Assembly (NCBI GenBank): GCA_017549425.1
Contig: JAFYUV010000017.1
Span: forward strand, 244,007 to 308,006
Origin: Clostridia bacterium
GTDB taxonomy: Bacteria; Bacillota; Clostridia; TANB77; CAG-465
DNA length: 64,000 nucleotides
Direction of reading: 5' to 3'
Below the pieces are notes generated by a model. That model had not been told where the DNA came from, searched no databases, and saw only the letters and a program-made list of their open reading frames with translations. Shown here piece after piece: positions 49,000 through 60,125 of the stretch. The translations under genes and the position numbers were made by a program. Within the stretch, counting starts at the first letter, position 1; every line of letters begins with the position of its first letter.

Positions 49000-51096
49000 A
49001 TGTTTAGAACATTTGAAACAGAATTTGCAGGCAGAAAACTTGTTATTGAAACAGGTAAAATGGCTGGACTTGCAAACGGATCATGTCTTGTAAGATATGA
49101 TGACACAGTGGTTCTTGTTAATGCAACAATGTCTAAAGAACCAAAAGATGGTATAGACTTTCTACCATTATCTGTAGATTATGAAGAAAGGTTATACGCA
49201 GTAGGGAAAATACCAGGTGGATTTGTAAAACGTGAAGGTAAACCTACAGATAAAAACATATTAGTTGGTAGAGCTATAGATAGACCATTAAGACCATTAT
49301 TCCCTAAGGATTACAGAAACGATACAGCAATACATGCAATAGCAGTTTCTATGGACCCTGAAGTATTACCAGAAATACCGGCTATGATTGGTGCATCAAT
49401 TGCATTAAATATTTCAGACATACCATTTAATAGAGAAGTTGGTGCAGTTAAAGTTGGACTAGTTGATGGAAAAATTATATTAAATCCAGGGCTAAAGGAA
49501 AGAGAACAATCTAAATTAGATTTAACAGTTGCAGCTACTAGAGAAAAAGTTTGTATGATAGAAGCTGGAGCTGATCAAGTACCAGATGAAGTTATGCTAC
49601 AAGCAATAAAAGAAGCTCATGCAGAAATTAAAAAACTTTGTGATTTTATATCTTCAATTAAAGCCGAAATTGGTAAAGAAAAAGTAGAGTACAAATCATT
49701 TGCTATCCCAGAAGATTTGTGGAATGATTTATATAATAACTTCTATGAAGATGTACATGCTGCTGTTCAAACGACAGACAAAACGGTAAGAGATGAAAAC
49801 ATGACAGCTGTTCAAGAAAAATTAAAGAATTGGTATATAGAAAAATATTCTGAAGAGGAGTATATTAAAAACAAATCAGTTATAGCAGAAGCGTTATATT
49901 ATCTTGAAAAGAAAAATGTAAGAAACTTAATAATTAAAGAAGGACAAAGACCAGATGGTCGTGGCTTTGATGAAATAAGACCTTTATCTTGTGAAGTTGG
50001 TCTTCTTCCTAGAACTCACGGAAGTGCAATGTTTAATAGAGGACAAACTCAAGTTATGACTGTTGTTACTTTAGGGCCAAAATCTGATGAACAAAGTTTA
50101 GACGGATTAGATGAAGAAGAATCTAAAAGATATATTCACCATTATAACTTCCCTCCATTTAGTGTTGGTGAAGCAAGAGGTGTAAGAAGCCCAGGACGTC
50201 GTGAAATAGGGCATGGTGCTTTAGCTGAAAGAGCATTAGAACCAGTAATACCAGAAGTGTCTGAATTCCCATATACAATTCGTGTTGTATCTGAAGTATT
50301 AAGTTCAAATGGTTCAACATCTCAAGCAAGCGTTTGTGGATCAACATTAGCACTTATGGATGCTGGTGTTCCAATTAAAGAACCTGTAGCAGGAATTTCA
50401 ACTGGATTATTTACTAAAGAGGATTCAGATGAATATATCATGGTTACAGATATTCAAGGAATTGAAGATTTCTTTGGAGACATGGATTTCAAAGTTGCAG
50501 GAACAAAAAATGGAATTACTGCAATACAAGTAGATATAAAAATTGATGGTTTAACATATGAAATAATAGAGGAAGCTTTTGCAAGAACTAAAAAAGCTAG
50601 AGCGTATATATTAGATGAAATAATGTTAAAGCAAATACCTACAGCAAGAGAACATTTAAGTCCTTACGCACCAAAAATAAAGAATGTTCAAATAGACCCA
50701 ATGAAAATCAAAGATGTTATTGGTTCTGGTGGAAAAACTATAAATAAAATTATAGATGAAACAGGCGTAAAAATAGATATTGAAGATGATGGCAATGTAT
50801 TTGTTTATGGTATGGACGAAGAAATGATAATGAAAGCATTAAAAATAATTGCTGGACTTACTGAAGAAGTAGAAAAAGATGCTGTATATATGGGAAAAGT
50901 AACTAAAATAATGCCGGCATTTGCAATTGTTGAAGTTTTACCAGGGCGTGAAGGATTGCTTCATATATCTCAAATATCTAAAGAACGTATTGCAAAAATA
51001 GAAGACGTATTAAAAATAGGTCAAGAAATAATGGTTAAAGTTACTGAAGTGGATAAAGAACAAGGTAAATTTAGATTATCTGCAAAGGAAGTGTAA
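49000..51096 (+). CDS. pnp: Polyribonucleotide nucleotidyltransferase
   Basis: RREIGHG, SSNGSTSQAS, GDMDFKVAG, KH and S1 domains. Confidence 0.97.
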   Translation: MFRTFETEFAGRKLVIETGKMAGLANGSCLVRYDDTVVLVNATMSKEPKDGIDFLPLSVDYEERLYAVGKIPGGFVKREGKPTDKNILVGRAIDRPLRPLFPKDYRNDTAIHAIAVSMDPEVLPEIPAMIGASIALNISDIPFNREVGAVKVGLVDGKIILNPGLKEREQSKLDLTVAATREKVCMIEAGADQVPDEVMLQAIKEAHAEIKKLCDFISSIKAEIGKEKVEYKSFAIPEDLWNDLYNNFYEDVHAAVQTTDKTVRDENMTAVQEKLKNWYIEKYSEEEYIKNKSVIAEALYYLEKKNVRNLIIKEGQRPDGRGFDEIRPLSCEVGLLPRTHGSAMFNRGQTQVMTVVTLGPKSDEQSLDGLDEEESKRYIHHYNFPPFSVGEARGVRSPGRREIGHGALAERALEPVIPEVSEFPYTIRVVSEVLSSNGSTSQASVCGSTLALMDAGVPIKEPVAGISTGLFTKEDSDEYIMVTDIQGIEDFFGDMDFKVAGTKNGITAIQVDIKIDGLTYEIIEEAFARTKKARAYILDEIMLKQIPTAREHLSPYAPKIKNVQIDPMKIKDVIGSGGKTINKIIDETGVKIDIEDDGNVFVYGMDEEMIMKALKIIAGLTEEVEKDAVYMGKVTKIMPAFAIVEVLPGREGLLHISQISKERIAKIEDVLKIGQEIMVKVTEVDKEQGKFRLSAKEV

Positions 51097-51099
51097 TAA

Positions 51100-51900
51100 A
51101 TGGAAGTTTTTGCTTTTGTTGGAGCAAGTGGAACTGGTAAAAGCCATAACTCTCAAAACGTTGCGGCTGAATATAATATAGATTATATAATAGACGATGC
51201 TTTATTAATAAAACAAAATAAAGTAATATCTGGAAAATCTGCTAAAACAGAACCTACTAAAATAGGTTCTGTGAAGGCAGCTTTGTTTACTGATCCTTCA
51301 AGAGCTAAGATTATGCAGCGCGTTATTAAGAATGAAAAAATAGAAAAACTTTTAATTCTTGGAACTTCTGATGGAATGGTAGATAAAATAGTGGAAAATT
51401 TAAATTTGCCTGAGATTTCAAAAAGAATATATATAGAAGAGGTTTCAAGCGCAGAGCAAATAGAAGAAGCAAAAAGGATAAGGAAGGAAGAAGGAAAGCA
51501 TGTTGTTCCTGTTCCTACTTTTGAAATAAAAGAGCAGTTTTCGGGATACTTTATGGATCCTTTAAAATTATTCGAGAAAAAAGATAAAGTATACAAAGAA
51601 AAAACTGTAATTAGACCTACATTTTCATATTTGGGAAACTATACTATATCAGATAAGGTATTAAAAGATATTGTTATGCATGAAGGGAAAAAACAAGAAG
51701 GAATAACTAAATTAATCAAAGTAAGTATAGATAAATATGTTGATGGTATTAGCATACAAATGGAAGTTAATGTTAAATTTGGTGTAAAAATACCTGAGGT
51801 TTCTACAAAACTTAGAAGTATTGTTGCAAAAATGGTAGACTACATGACAGGAATTAATATATTTAGTATAAACGTTGTAGTTAAAGGTATAGATATGTAA
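51100..51900 (+). CDS. P-loop protein with C-terminal Asp23/Gls24 domain
   Basis: GASGTGKS; C-terminal YMTGINIFSINVVV. Confidence 0.75.
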   Translation: MEVFAFVGASGTGKSHNSQNVAAEYNIDYIIDDALLIKQNKVISGKSAKTEPTKIGSVKAALFTDPSRAKIMQRVIKNEKIEKLLILGTSDGMVDKIVENLNLPEISKRIYIEEVSSAEQIEEAKRIRKEEGKHVVPVPTFEIKEQFSGYFMDPLKLFEKKDKVYKEKTVIRPTFSYLGNYTISDKVLKDIVMHEGKKQEGITKLIKVSIDKYVDGISIQMEVNVKFGVKIPEVSTKLRSIVAKMVDYMTGINIFSINVVVKGIDM

Positions 51901-52022
51901 AGGGAAGAGCAATAAGCACTTCCTTTTATTGTATTTAATTGACATAATTATGACAAAGTGGTATAATTAATATGGGGTTGATTGTAACCTAAAAAATAAT
52001 TTTTATACGGAGGAAAAAGGAT

Positions 52023-52382
52023 ATGGCAATTGCAAATTATCCAACAATCGCAAGACTTTTCAAGGAGAAAGACTACAATGTTCGTGTCACTGTAATTAAT
52101 ACGTACAACTCATTTAAAGAGGCTTTACGTGATAGCATTGGTGGCGGCATAATTCATTCCCAAGACCATTACAGAGGAACTATTGAGTATTTAAATGTCG
52201 ACCATGAAGGTCTTCATAAAATTTACTTCTGTGAAAGAGGAACTGAACTTGTTGAGAAAATCTTATTTAATTGTTACAAAACTGTTGGTGTAAGAGTTAA
52301 TATAACTTCTCAATCGAAAGGACCTGTAGGTGAAAAGAAAGATGTAAACAGAACTTGGATTGTTTACATTAAAAAGGCATAA
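52023..52382 (+). CDS. Hypothetical protein
   Basis: GGAGG RBS; TTGACA/TATAAT promoter at ~51939-51967. Confidence 0.65.
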   Translation: MAIANYPTIARLFKEKDYNVRVTVINTYNSFKEALRDSIGGGIIHSQDHYRGTIEYLNVDHEGLHKIYFCERGTELVEKILFNCYKTVGVRVNITSQSKGPVGEKKDVNRTWIVYIKKA

Positions 52383-52390
52383 AAGCTTTA

Positions 52391-52417
52391 TTAGCACTCA
52401 TAATATATGAGTGCTAA
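52391..52417 (+). promoter_or_regulatory. CIRCE element 1
   Basis: TTAGCACTC-N9-GAGTGCTAA, perfect consensus. Confidence 0.95.
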
Positions 52418-52444
52418 TTTTTTAAATTTTTTTAATAAAAAGTG

Positions 52445-52473
52445 TTGACAAATGTTTTTTATAGGAGTATATT
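52445..52473 (+). promoter_or_regulatory. Sigma-A promoter of hrcA operon
   Basis: TTGACA-17-TATATT between the two CIRCEs. Confidence 0.8.
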
Positions 52474-52483
52474 ATATGTGTAA

Positions 52484-52510
52484 TTAGCACTTAAAGGTTT
52501 TGAGTGCTAA
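52484..52510 (+). promoter_or_regulatory. CIRCE element 2
   Basis: TTAGCACTT-N9-GAGTGCTAA, one mismatch. Confidence 0.9.
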
Positions 52511-52530
52511 AATATAAAGGTGAGAATATA

Positions 52531-53574
52531 ATGGAATTAGATGACAGAAAGAAAAAAATACTAGCTTTAGTCGTTGAAAATTATATTGAATCTGCTGAGC
52601 CTGTTGGTTCAAAACAAATAGCAGATAATTATGAAAATGATATTAGTCCTGCAACAATAAGAAATGAAATGAAGCAGCTTGAGGAAATTGGATTTCTAGA
52701 GCAACCTCATATATCAGCAGGTAGAGTTCCATCAACACTTGGATATAGATATTATGTGGATAATTTAATGTCTAATAATACTCTAAGTATGGTGGATATA
52801 GATTATATAAATAACAATATAGTAAGTTATGGTAGTGTGGAAAAAACACTAGAGCATGCTGCCGATGTTGTGTCAAAACTTTTAAATCTTCCGGCGGTAT
52901 TAAATATAAAAACTACAGATGTAGTTGAAAATGTAAAAATACTAAAAATATCTGAAAAGATATTGTTAATAATATTAATGTCTAACTCAGGAAATGTAAA
53001 AGATGTTATTGTTCAAATAACAGATAGTTTGCCTGAAACTAGAATGGATGAACTTTCAAGACTGTTAAATAAGAATTTAAAAGGGACACCACTTGAAAAT
53101 TTATCATTAGCATTAAATGATGTAGTAAAAAAAGAATTAAGCAAGTTTTCAAACATACTTAATGAAATGGAACATATAGTGCGAAAAGAATTGGATGAAC
53201 CAAAAAACAATATGAAAGGTAATATGGAATCATTACTAGCGTTACCTGAATTTAGTAATACTAACGAAATAAAGAAATTTTTAAATGTAGTAAATACTAA
53301 AGAAATAATAAACGAAGTGTTAAACAAAATAGATAAAGATGATATATCGGTAATTATTGGTAATGAAAACAATCAAATGTTACTTAAAGATTATAGCCTT
53401 ATATCACTTGATTTTACTGCAACAGACACCACTTCAGCTACGCTTGGAATAGTGTCTCCAAAAAGAGTAGACTACAAAAAAGCAGTGTCTACTTTAAAGG
53501 CTGTAAATGATAGATTGAAGAAAATATTTGGTAAAGAAAAGGAGGATAAAGATGGAGCCAGAAAAGAAGACTAA
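52531..53574 (+). CDS. hrcA: Heat-inducible repressor HrcA
   Basis: EPVGSK, SPATIRNEM, QPHISAGRVPS. Confidence 0.95.
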   Translation: MELDDRKKKILALVVENYIESAEPVGSKQIADNYENDISPATIRNEMKQLEEIGFLEQPHISAGRVPSTLGYRYYVDNLMSNNTLSMVDIDYINNNIVSYGSVEKTLEHAADVVSKLLNLPAVLNIKTTDVVENVKILKISEKILLIILMSNSGNVKDVIVQITDSLPETRMDELSRLLNKNLKGTPLENLSLALNDVVKKELSKFSNILNEMEHIVRKELDEPKNNMKGNMESLLALPEFSNTNEIKKFLNVVNTKEIINEVLNKIDKDDISVIIGNENNQMLLKDYSLISLDFTATDTTSATLGIVSPKRVDYKKAVSTLKAVNDRLKKIFGKEKEDKDGARKED

Positions 53575-54103
53575 AAAGACAACAAAAGTAACTCAAGACA
53601 AAGCAGAAAAAGCGCAAAAATCAGAAGAAATAAGTGATAATGAAGCTTTTATTGCAAAATTAAATGAAGACCTAGAAACACAAAAGCAAAGAGCTGAAGA
53701 ATATTATGATAGCTTAAAAAGAAATATGGCTGAATTTGATAATTTCAAAAAAAGAATTTCTAAAGAAAAAGAAGGATTATATACTTCAATAGTTTCAGAA
53801 GTAATAGAAACTATGCTACCAATTATAGATAATTTTGAAAAGGCTATGGCGGCAGAAAGTAAAGACGAAGGATACAAAAACGGTATAGAACTTATATATA
53901 AAGATTTATTAAATTTACTTAAAAAATATAATGTTGAAGCAATAGAAGATATAGGGCACACTTTCGATCCAATGTTTCATGAAGCGGTAATGAGTGTTAC
54001 TGATGAAACAAAAGGTGAAAAAGAAATAGTAGAAGTATTTAGAAGAGGCTATAAAATAGGAGATAAGATAGTTAGACATTCTCTTGTTAAAGTAGCGAAT
54101 TAA
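53552..54103 (+). CDS. grpE: Nucleotide exchange factor GrpE
   Basis: AEFDNFKKR, FDPMFHEAV, GYKIGDKIVR; start after AGGAGG. Confidence 0.95.
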   Translation: MEPEKKTKKTTKVTQDKAEKAQKSEEISDNEAFIAKLNEDLETQKQRAEEYYDSLKRNMAEFDNFKKRISKEKEGLYTSIVSEVIETMLPIIDNFEKAMAAESKDEGYKNGIELIYKDLLNLLKKYNVEAIEDIGHTFDPMFHEAVMSVTDETKGEKEIVEVFRRGYKIGDKIVRHSLVKVAN

Positions 54104-54180
54104 AAAATATTGGTAACTACTTAAAAGTTTAAAACTTTTAAGCAAACATAATAAATAAAGAATTAGGAGGAGAAGATATT

Positions 54181-56010
54181 ATGTCAAAAGTTATAGGAAT
54201 TGATTTAGGAACAACAAACTCATGTGTAGCTGTTATAGAAAATGGTGAACCAACAGTTATACCAAGTTCTGAAGGAGCAAGAACAACACCATCTATAGTT
54301 GGTTTTGCTAAAAATGGAGAAAGATTGGTTGGTCAAGTCGCAAAACGTCAAGCAATCACAAACCATGATAGAACAGTAGTATCTATCAAAAGAGATATGG
54401 GTTCAGACAAAAGAGTTAAAATAGATGATAAAGAATATTCATCACCAGAAATATCTGCAATGATATTACAAAAAATGAAAACTGATGCTGAAAGTTATAT
54501 TGGTTCTCCAATAACTCAAGCTGTTATAACAGTTCCAGCTTACTTTAGTGATTCACAAAGACAAGCAACAAAAGATGCTGGTAAAATAGCAGGTCTAGAA
54601 GTTTTAAGAATTATAAATGAACCAACAGCAGCAGCTTTAGCTTATGGTCTAGATAAAGATAAAGATCAAAAAATAATGGTTTATGACTTAGGAGGAGGAA
54701 CTTTCGACGTATCTATTCTAGATATTGGAGATGGTGTATTCGAAGTTCTTGCTACAGCAGGTAATAACAAACTAGGTGGAGATGACTTCGACCAAAGAGT
54801 AATAGAATTTTTAGTAGCTGAATTTAAGAAAGATTCTGGAATAGATTTGTCATCAGATAATATGGCAATGCAAAGATTAAAAGAAGCTGCAGAAAAAGCT
54901 AAAATTGAACTTTCTTCAACAGCAACAGCAAATATTAATCTACCATTTATTACTGCTGATGCAACAGGACCAAAACATATGGATATAACACTTACTCGTG
55001 CTAAATTTGAAGAATTAGTAGGGGATTTAGTTGAAGCTACTGTAGGCCCTGTAAATCAAGCAATGAAAGATTCTGGAATGTCTTTTGATAAATTAGACAA
55101 AATACTTCTTGTTGGTGGTTCTACAAGAATACCACTTGTTCAAGAAACTGTTAAAAGATTAACTGGCAAAGAACCATACAAGGGAATTAACCCTGATGAA
55201 TGTGTTGCAGTTGGAGCAGCTATTCAAGCTGGTGTTTTAACTGGAGATGTTAAAGGTTTAGTACTTTTAGATGTAACTCCATTATCTCTAGGAATTGAAA
55301 CTTATGGTGGAGTATTTACAAAACTTATTGAAAGAAATACTACAATACCAACAAAAAAATCTCAAATATTTAGTACAGCAGCAGATGGTCAAACTTCAGT
55401 AGAAGTTCACGTATTACAAGGTGAAAGAGAAATTGCTGCATACAATAAAACTTTAGGAAGATTTAGTTTAACTGGACTTCCACCAGCACCAAGAGGAGTA
55501 CCTCAAATTGAAGTATCTTTCGATATTGATGCTAACGGTATAGTTCACGTTACAGCTAAAGATATGGCTACAAATAACGAACAAAAAATAGCTATAACAG
55601 CAAGTTCTAACCTATCTGAAGAAGAAATAGAAAAGGCTGTTAAAGAAGCTGAAGCTCATGCAGCAGAAGATAAGAAGAGAAAAGAAGAAGTTGAAGTTAG
55701 AAATAACGCAGATTCATTCGTATATAATACAGAAAAAACTTTAAAAGAACTTGAAGGCAAAATTTCAGAAGATGAAAAAGCTCGTGTAGAAGCTGAAGTT
55801 GCTAATGTTAAGAAAACATTAGAAGGAACAGATACAGAAGCTATAAAGAACGCTACTGAAAAATTAACACAAGTATTCTATGAAATTTCTCAAAAATTAT
55901 ATGCTGAAACTCAAGCAGCCGCTGGAGCACAAGCTAATGCTGGTGAAAATACAGATAATGTAGTTCATGATGCAGATTATAAAGTAGAGGATGAAGAATC
56001 TAATTCATAA
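54181..56010 (+). CDS. dnaK: Chaperone DnaK
   Basis: [24 protein letters not shown]. Confidence 0.99.
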   Translation: MSKVIGIDLGTTNSCVAVIENGEPTVIPSSEGARTTPSIVGFAKNGERLVGQVAKRQAITNHDRTVVSIKRDMGSDKRVKIDDKEYSSPEISAMILQKMKTDAESYIGSPITQAVITVPAYFSDSQRQATKDAGKIAGLEVLRIINEPTAAALAYGLDKDKDQKIMVYDLGGGTFDVSILDIGDGVFEVLATAGNNKLGGDDFDQRVIEFLVAEFKKDSGIDLSSDNMAMQRLKEAAEKAKIELSSTATANINLPFITADATGPKHMDITLTRAKFEELVGDLVEATVGPVNQAMKDSGMSFDKLDKILLVGGSTRIPLVQETVKRLTGKEPYKGINPDECVAVGAAIQAGVLTGDVKGLVLLDVTPLSLGIETYGGVFTKLIERNTTIPTKKSQIFSTAADGQTSVEVHVLQGEREIAAYNKTLGRFSLTGLPPAPRGVPQIEVSFDIDANGIVHVTAKDMATNNEQKIAITASSNLSEEEIEKAVKEAEAHAAEDKKRKEEVEVRNNADSFVYNTEKTLKELEGKISEDEKARVEAEVANVKKTLEGTDTEAIKNATEKLTQVFYEISQKLYAETQAAAGAQANAGENTDNVVHDADYKVEDEESNS

Positions 56011-56068
56011 TATTTAAAGGCGGAAGAAATTCCGCTTTTATACAAGTTTTAGAAAGGAAGAAAAATTC

Positions 56069-57205
56069 ATGGCAAGTAAAGATTATTACGAAATCTTAGG
56101 GGTATCTAAAAATGCTACTGCTGATGAGATTAAGAAGGCTTATAGAGCGAAGGCAAAGCAATACCATCCGGATATGAATGAAGATAAAAAAGCCGCTGAA
56201 GAAAAGTTTAAGGAAGCTTCAGAAGCATATAGCGTTTTGTCTGATGAAACAAAAAGAGCACAATACGATAGATTTGGTAGCGCTTTTGATTCTAATGGTT
56301 ATGCTGGATATGGTACGGGTTCTGGTTTTGACTTCTCGGGATTTTCTAATGGTGGAATGGGCTTTGACATAGACCTTGAAGATATCTTGGGAAGCGTATT
56401 TGGAGGCGGATTTGGCGGGTTTAAATCTGCTAAAAACGGCCCTGCAAAAGGAACTGATTTAAGATATAACATGAAATTAACATTTGAAGAAGCTGTTTTT
56501 GGAACATCTAAGCAAATATCTATTACGAGAAATGAAAAATGTTCTAGTTGTAGTGGTACAGGAGCTAAAGCTGGAAGTTCAAAAGTGACTTGTGATAAAT
56601 GTGCTGGAAAAGGTAAAGTTCAAGCGGTTCAAAATACAATAATGGGAACATTTAGTACTGTAAAAACTTGTGATAAATGTGGCGGAACAGGATTTATTAT
56701 AAAAGAACCTTGTGAAGTATGTTCAGGTGCTGGCCACGTAAGAAAAACAAGAAAAATTGATGTTAATATTCCATCTGGAATAGATAACGGGCAAGCAATA
56801 GCTCTTACTGGTCAAGGAGATATAGGAAAAAATGGTGGACCGAATGGAGATTTATTTATTGTTGTTACTGTTATGCCCCATAAAATATTTAAAAGGCAAG
56901 GAAGTACTATATCTTTTGATAAAACAATTCCGTTTGTAAAGGCTGTATTAGGAGGACCTATTACAATAGCAACCTTAGAAGGCGAGGAAACCTTTAACAT
57001 CCCTGAAGGGACTCAACCAGGAACTGTATTTACATTAAAAAATAGAGGAGTACCTTCAAGAGGTTCGCGTGGAAATCTAGAATTTAAAGTTCAAATAGAA
57101 ATTCCAAAGAAGCTTACAGATAAGCAAAGAGAACTATTAGAACAATATGCTATTTCTTGTAGCGAAGAAGTAAATACAAAGAAAAAAGGATTTTTTGGAA
57201 AATAG
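56069..57205 (+). CDS. dnaJ: Chaperone DnaJ
   Basis: HPD motif, G/F region, four CxxCxGxG repeats. Confidence 0.98.
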   Translation: MASKDYYEILGVSKNATADEIKKAYRAKAKQYHPDMNEDKKAAEEKFKEASEAYSVLSDETKRAQYDRFGSAFDSNGYAGYGTGSGFDFSGFSNGGMGFDIDLEDILGSVFGGGFGGFKSAKNGPAKGTDLRYNMKLTFEEAVFGTSKQISITRNEKCSSCSGTGAKAGSSKVTCDKCAGKGKVQAVQNTIMGTFSTVKTCDKCGGTGFIIKEPCEVCSGAGHVRKTRKIDVNIPSGIDNGQAIALTGQGDIGKNGGPNGDLFIVVTVMPHKIFKRQGSTISFDKTIPFVKAVLGGPITIATLEGEETFNIPEGTQPGTVFTLKNRGVPSRGSRGNLEFKVQIEIPKKLTDKQRELLEQYAISCSEEVNTKKKGFFGK

Positions 57206-57306
57206 AATAAAGGCTGTGTTATTTTAACACAGTTTTTATTTTTCTATTGACGTTTAAGGTGATTTAATATACTCTTATTAAAGATTAAAACAAAAGAGAG
57301 GTTAAA

Positions 57307-58676
57307 ATGAAACCAAAAAGAGGAATAAGTTTAATAGTGTTAGTAGTAACCGTTATAGTGATTTATTGCTAGAAAATAACGGAAATTTGGCAGCTATAAC
57401 AGAAGATACTATAAAGCAAAGAATGGCAACATTAGGGATAGAAGAAAGCGAATTGCAAGGAATTACATTAAGCATAGATAATGGAGTGAAAGTACAACAA
57501 AATCAAACAGGAACAAACTCTAGTACAATAACAAATACAGGGGTAAGCTTAGTAAATTATAAAATATATGGCAATAGTATTCAAAATGGAGTGCCAACTC
57601 CAGAGTCACCTGTAGAGATTCAGAGCGTAGGGGACAAAACAAAGAATTTATTTAATCAATTCACTACAAAAACAGCTAGCTTTTCAGCTGTTTCTAATTC
57701 CAGCGCAAGAACTTTTGAAGAAGGGGTATGGTATAGAGGTTTGACCTATAATAACTATTCTTATCCTCAAAACTTATTGGATTATAATGTTGGAACGTCA
57801 ACGACGATGGTTAAAGTTAATGGACAATTGCTTTATGGACTTGCTCAAGCGTTTAAGGTCGAACCAAAGCAGATATATAGTTTTAGCTATGATGGTGGTG
57901 AAGGTGGCAATGTTGCTCTAGGATTTTACGACAAAGAAGGAAAAATTCTAAGCTATAAATATTGGACGTATGGTTCTACTATAAATATTCCTGCAAATGC
58001 TTACTGGATGACCATTTGTTTAAGTGGATCAACCGCTAACATAGAAATATCTTACAGCAATATTCAATTGGTATTAGGAACAGAGTCGACATCTTATGAA
58101 CCATATGGATACAAAATACCAATAAAGGTGACAACAGATGGAAATACAACTTTACACAATATATATTTAGCTGAACCTTTAAGAAAATTAGGTGAAGAGA
58201 AGGATTATATAGATTTTGAAAAAGGACAAATTGTTAGGAAAATAGGAAAAGCAGTTTATGACGAAAACAGTAATTGGACTCTGCAAAGCGCTTCTTATTG
58301 GTTTGAAAGTGGGGTTACAACAGCTTTTTACACTCAAATTCCGGTAGATGCTTTAGCAAATTCACAAGGTTTGGAATGCTTGAGTAATTTATTTAAATTT
58401 GATAGTACAAGTGATGGAATAAACAAAAGTAAACCATATATAAGTGGAAATATTGGAAATCTAGTCGTTAATTTTAATAATGAAAAAGTTTCTTCTCTTG
58501 AACAGTTAGAAACATATTTAACTCAAACAAAATTAGAAATTGTATATAAATTAAATTCTCCAGTATATAAAAATATAAAACTGCCAGGAATATATACAAC
58601 TAAAGGAACAACAAGTATCGCAATAGATACTGAGATTAGTCCTAGTGAATTTGTTTTAAATTATGAATATAAATAA
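57307..58676 (+). pseudogene. Type IV pilin-like leader out of frame with a phage-tail-like domain
   Basis: ATG 57307 after GAGG gives MKPKRGISLIVLVVTVIVIYC-stop; the 436 aa ORF from 57366 is in another frame and lacks an RBS. Confidence 0.6.
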
Positions 58677-58752
58677 TAAAAGAGCACTATGTTAATTAAA
58701 ATAATTGGCATAGTGTTTTTTTTATAGTATAATTATTAAGGTGATTATAATT

Positions 58753-59463
58753 ATGGCAAAAAGATTTGTTGTAAAAAATGAAGATTTAAGTATTAAAGAA
58801 AATATAATTGAAGTAACAGGAACAGAGGCTCATCATATAAACGTTTTAAGGCATAAAAAAGGAGATAAAATAAATGTAAATGACTATTTAATAGAAATAG
58901 CAGAAATAAACAAGGATAAAATAGTTGGTAATATTTTAGAAAAAGTTTGTGACAAAGGAATCCCTAATACTAATATAACTTTGATACAATCATATTTAAA
59001 AGCAGATAAAATGGAATACGTAGTTCAAAAAGCTGTTGAACTAGGTGTAAAACATGTAATCCCTGCAATTACCAAAAACACAGTGGTTAAATTTGATGAA
59101 AAAGCTGCCTCAAAGAAGGTTGAGAGATTAAATAAAATTGCGGTTGAAGCAATAGGACAGTGTGGAAGAACAGATGATGTTGATGTTGTAAATATTCAAA
59201 ATTTTAAAGATATAGACTGGGATTTATATGACTTGATTTTAATATGTCACGAAAAAGCAACTTTACAAATAGATGATATTCTAGAAGAAATTCATTCTGC
59301 ATTAAATATTGCGGTTGTTATAGGACCAGAAGGTGGATTGGAAAATAGTGAAATAGAAAATATACCAAGCCAAAATGTAAAAAAAGTTGTTTTTGGTGAA
59401 AGAATTTTAAGAGCTGAAACAGCGTCTTTATATATGTTAAGTATTTTAGATTATTTAACCTAA
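58753..59463 (+). CDS. rsmE: 16S rRNA m3U1498 methyltransferase
   Basis: HHINVLR, QKAVELGV, IGPEGG, RILRAETA. Confidence 0.95.
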   Translation: MAKRFVVKNEDLSIKENIIEVTGTEAHHINVLRHKKGDKINVNDYLIEIAEINKDKIVGNILEKVCDKGIPNTNITLIQSYLKADKMEYVVQKAVELGVKHVIPAITKNTVVKFDEKAASKKVERLNKIAVEAIGQCGRTDDVDVVNIQNFKDIDWDLYDLILICHEKATLQIDDILEEIHSALNIAVVIGPEGGLENSEIENIPSQNVKKVVFGERILRAETASLYMLSILDYLT

Positions 59464-59526
59464 ATTTATAGACAAGCAAGAAATTTAATGATAGAATAAT
59501 AAAAACTGAAAGGAAATGATAGAAAT

Positions 59527-59883
59527 ATGAAAATGAAATTAATAGCTGTTTTATTTGCGGTTTTAATGCTTAGTGTTTTAATACCTCAAAGCGTTTGCTT
59601 TGCTGGAAATAGAAGGCCGTTTGATCCTAATTCAGGTAATAATGTTATGACTGGGGTAACAGGTACAGTGGATGAAGTTTGGGGAAGTGTTCTTTTAATA
59701 GTGCAAGTTGTATCTGTAGCGTGTGTAGTTTTAGCTGGTGTGAGATATATGTTTGCTTCAGCAGATAAAAAAGCAGATATAAAAAAAGGTTTACTTTATT
59801 TAGTGATTGGAGCAACATTTGTATTTGCTGCTTCTACACTAATTAAATTTATATTTAATATTGGTAATTCTGCTATAACTTAG
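59527..59883 (+). CDS. TrbC/VirB2-like pilin
   Basis: Signal peptide plus two TMs joined by GVRYMFASADKKADIKK. Confidence 0.65.
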   Translation: MKMKLIAVLFAVLMLSVLIPQSVCFAGNRRPFDPNSGNNVMTGVTGTVDEVWGSVLLIVQVVSVACVVLAGVRYMFASADKKADIKKGLLYLVIGATFVFAASTLIKFIFNIGNSAIT

Positions 59884-60033
59884 CACATAAAATACCATAA
59901 TAAAAAAATAATTATACAACAATATATTGATATAATATGGGTACGTTAGTAAACATACTAACGCAAATACTATAATGTGATACTTACAAAATTTCCCCTT
60001 TTACAAAGGCATCGTAAAGAGATTACGGTGCTT

Positions 60034-60067
60034 TTTTCATTAAATCACATAATTTCTCACATAATTT
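60034..60067 (+). promoter_or_regulatory. Direct repeats upstream of htrA, possible response-regulator site
   Basis: TCACATAATTT at 60045 and 60057, preceded by TTTTCAT; TATAAT at ~60093. Confidence 0.45.
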
Positions 60068-60125
60068 TAGTTGTTTTTAGAAAATTTCAAGGTATAATAA
60101 TTATGTGAAGAAAAAGGAGAAGTAT

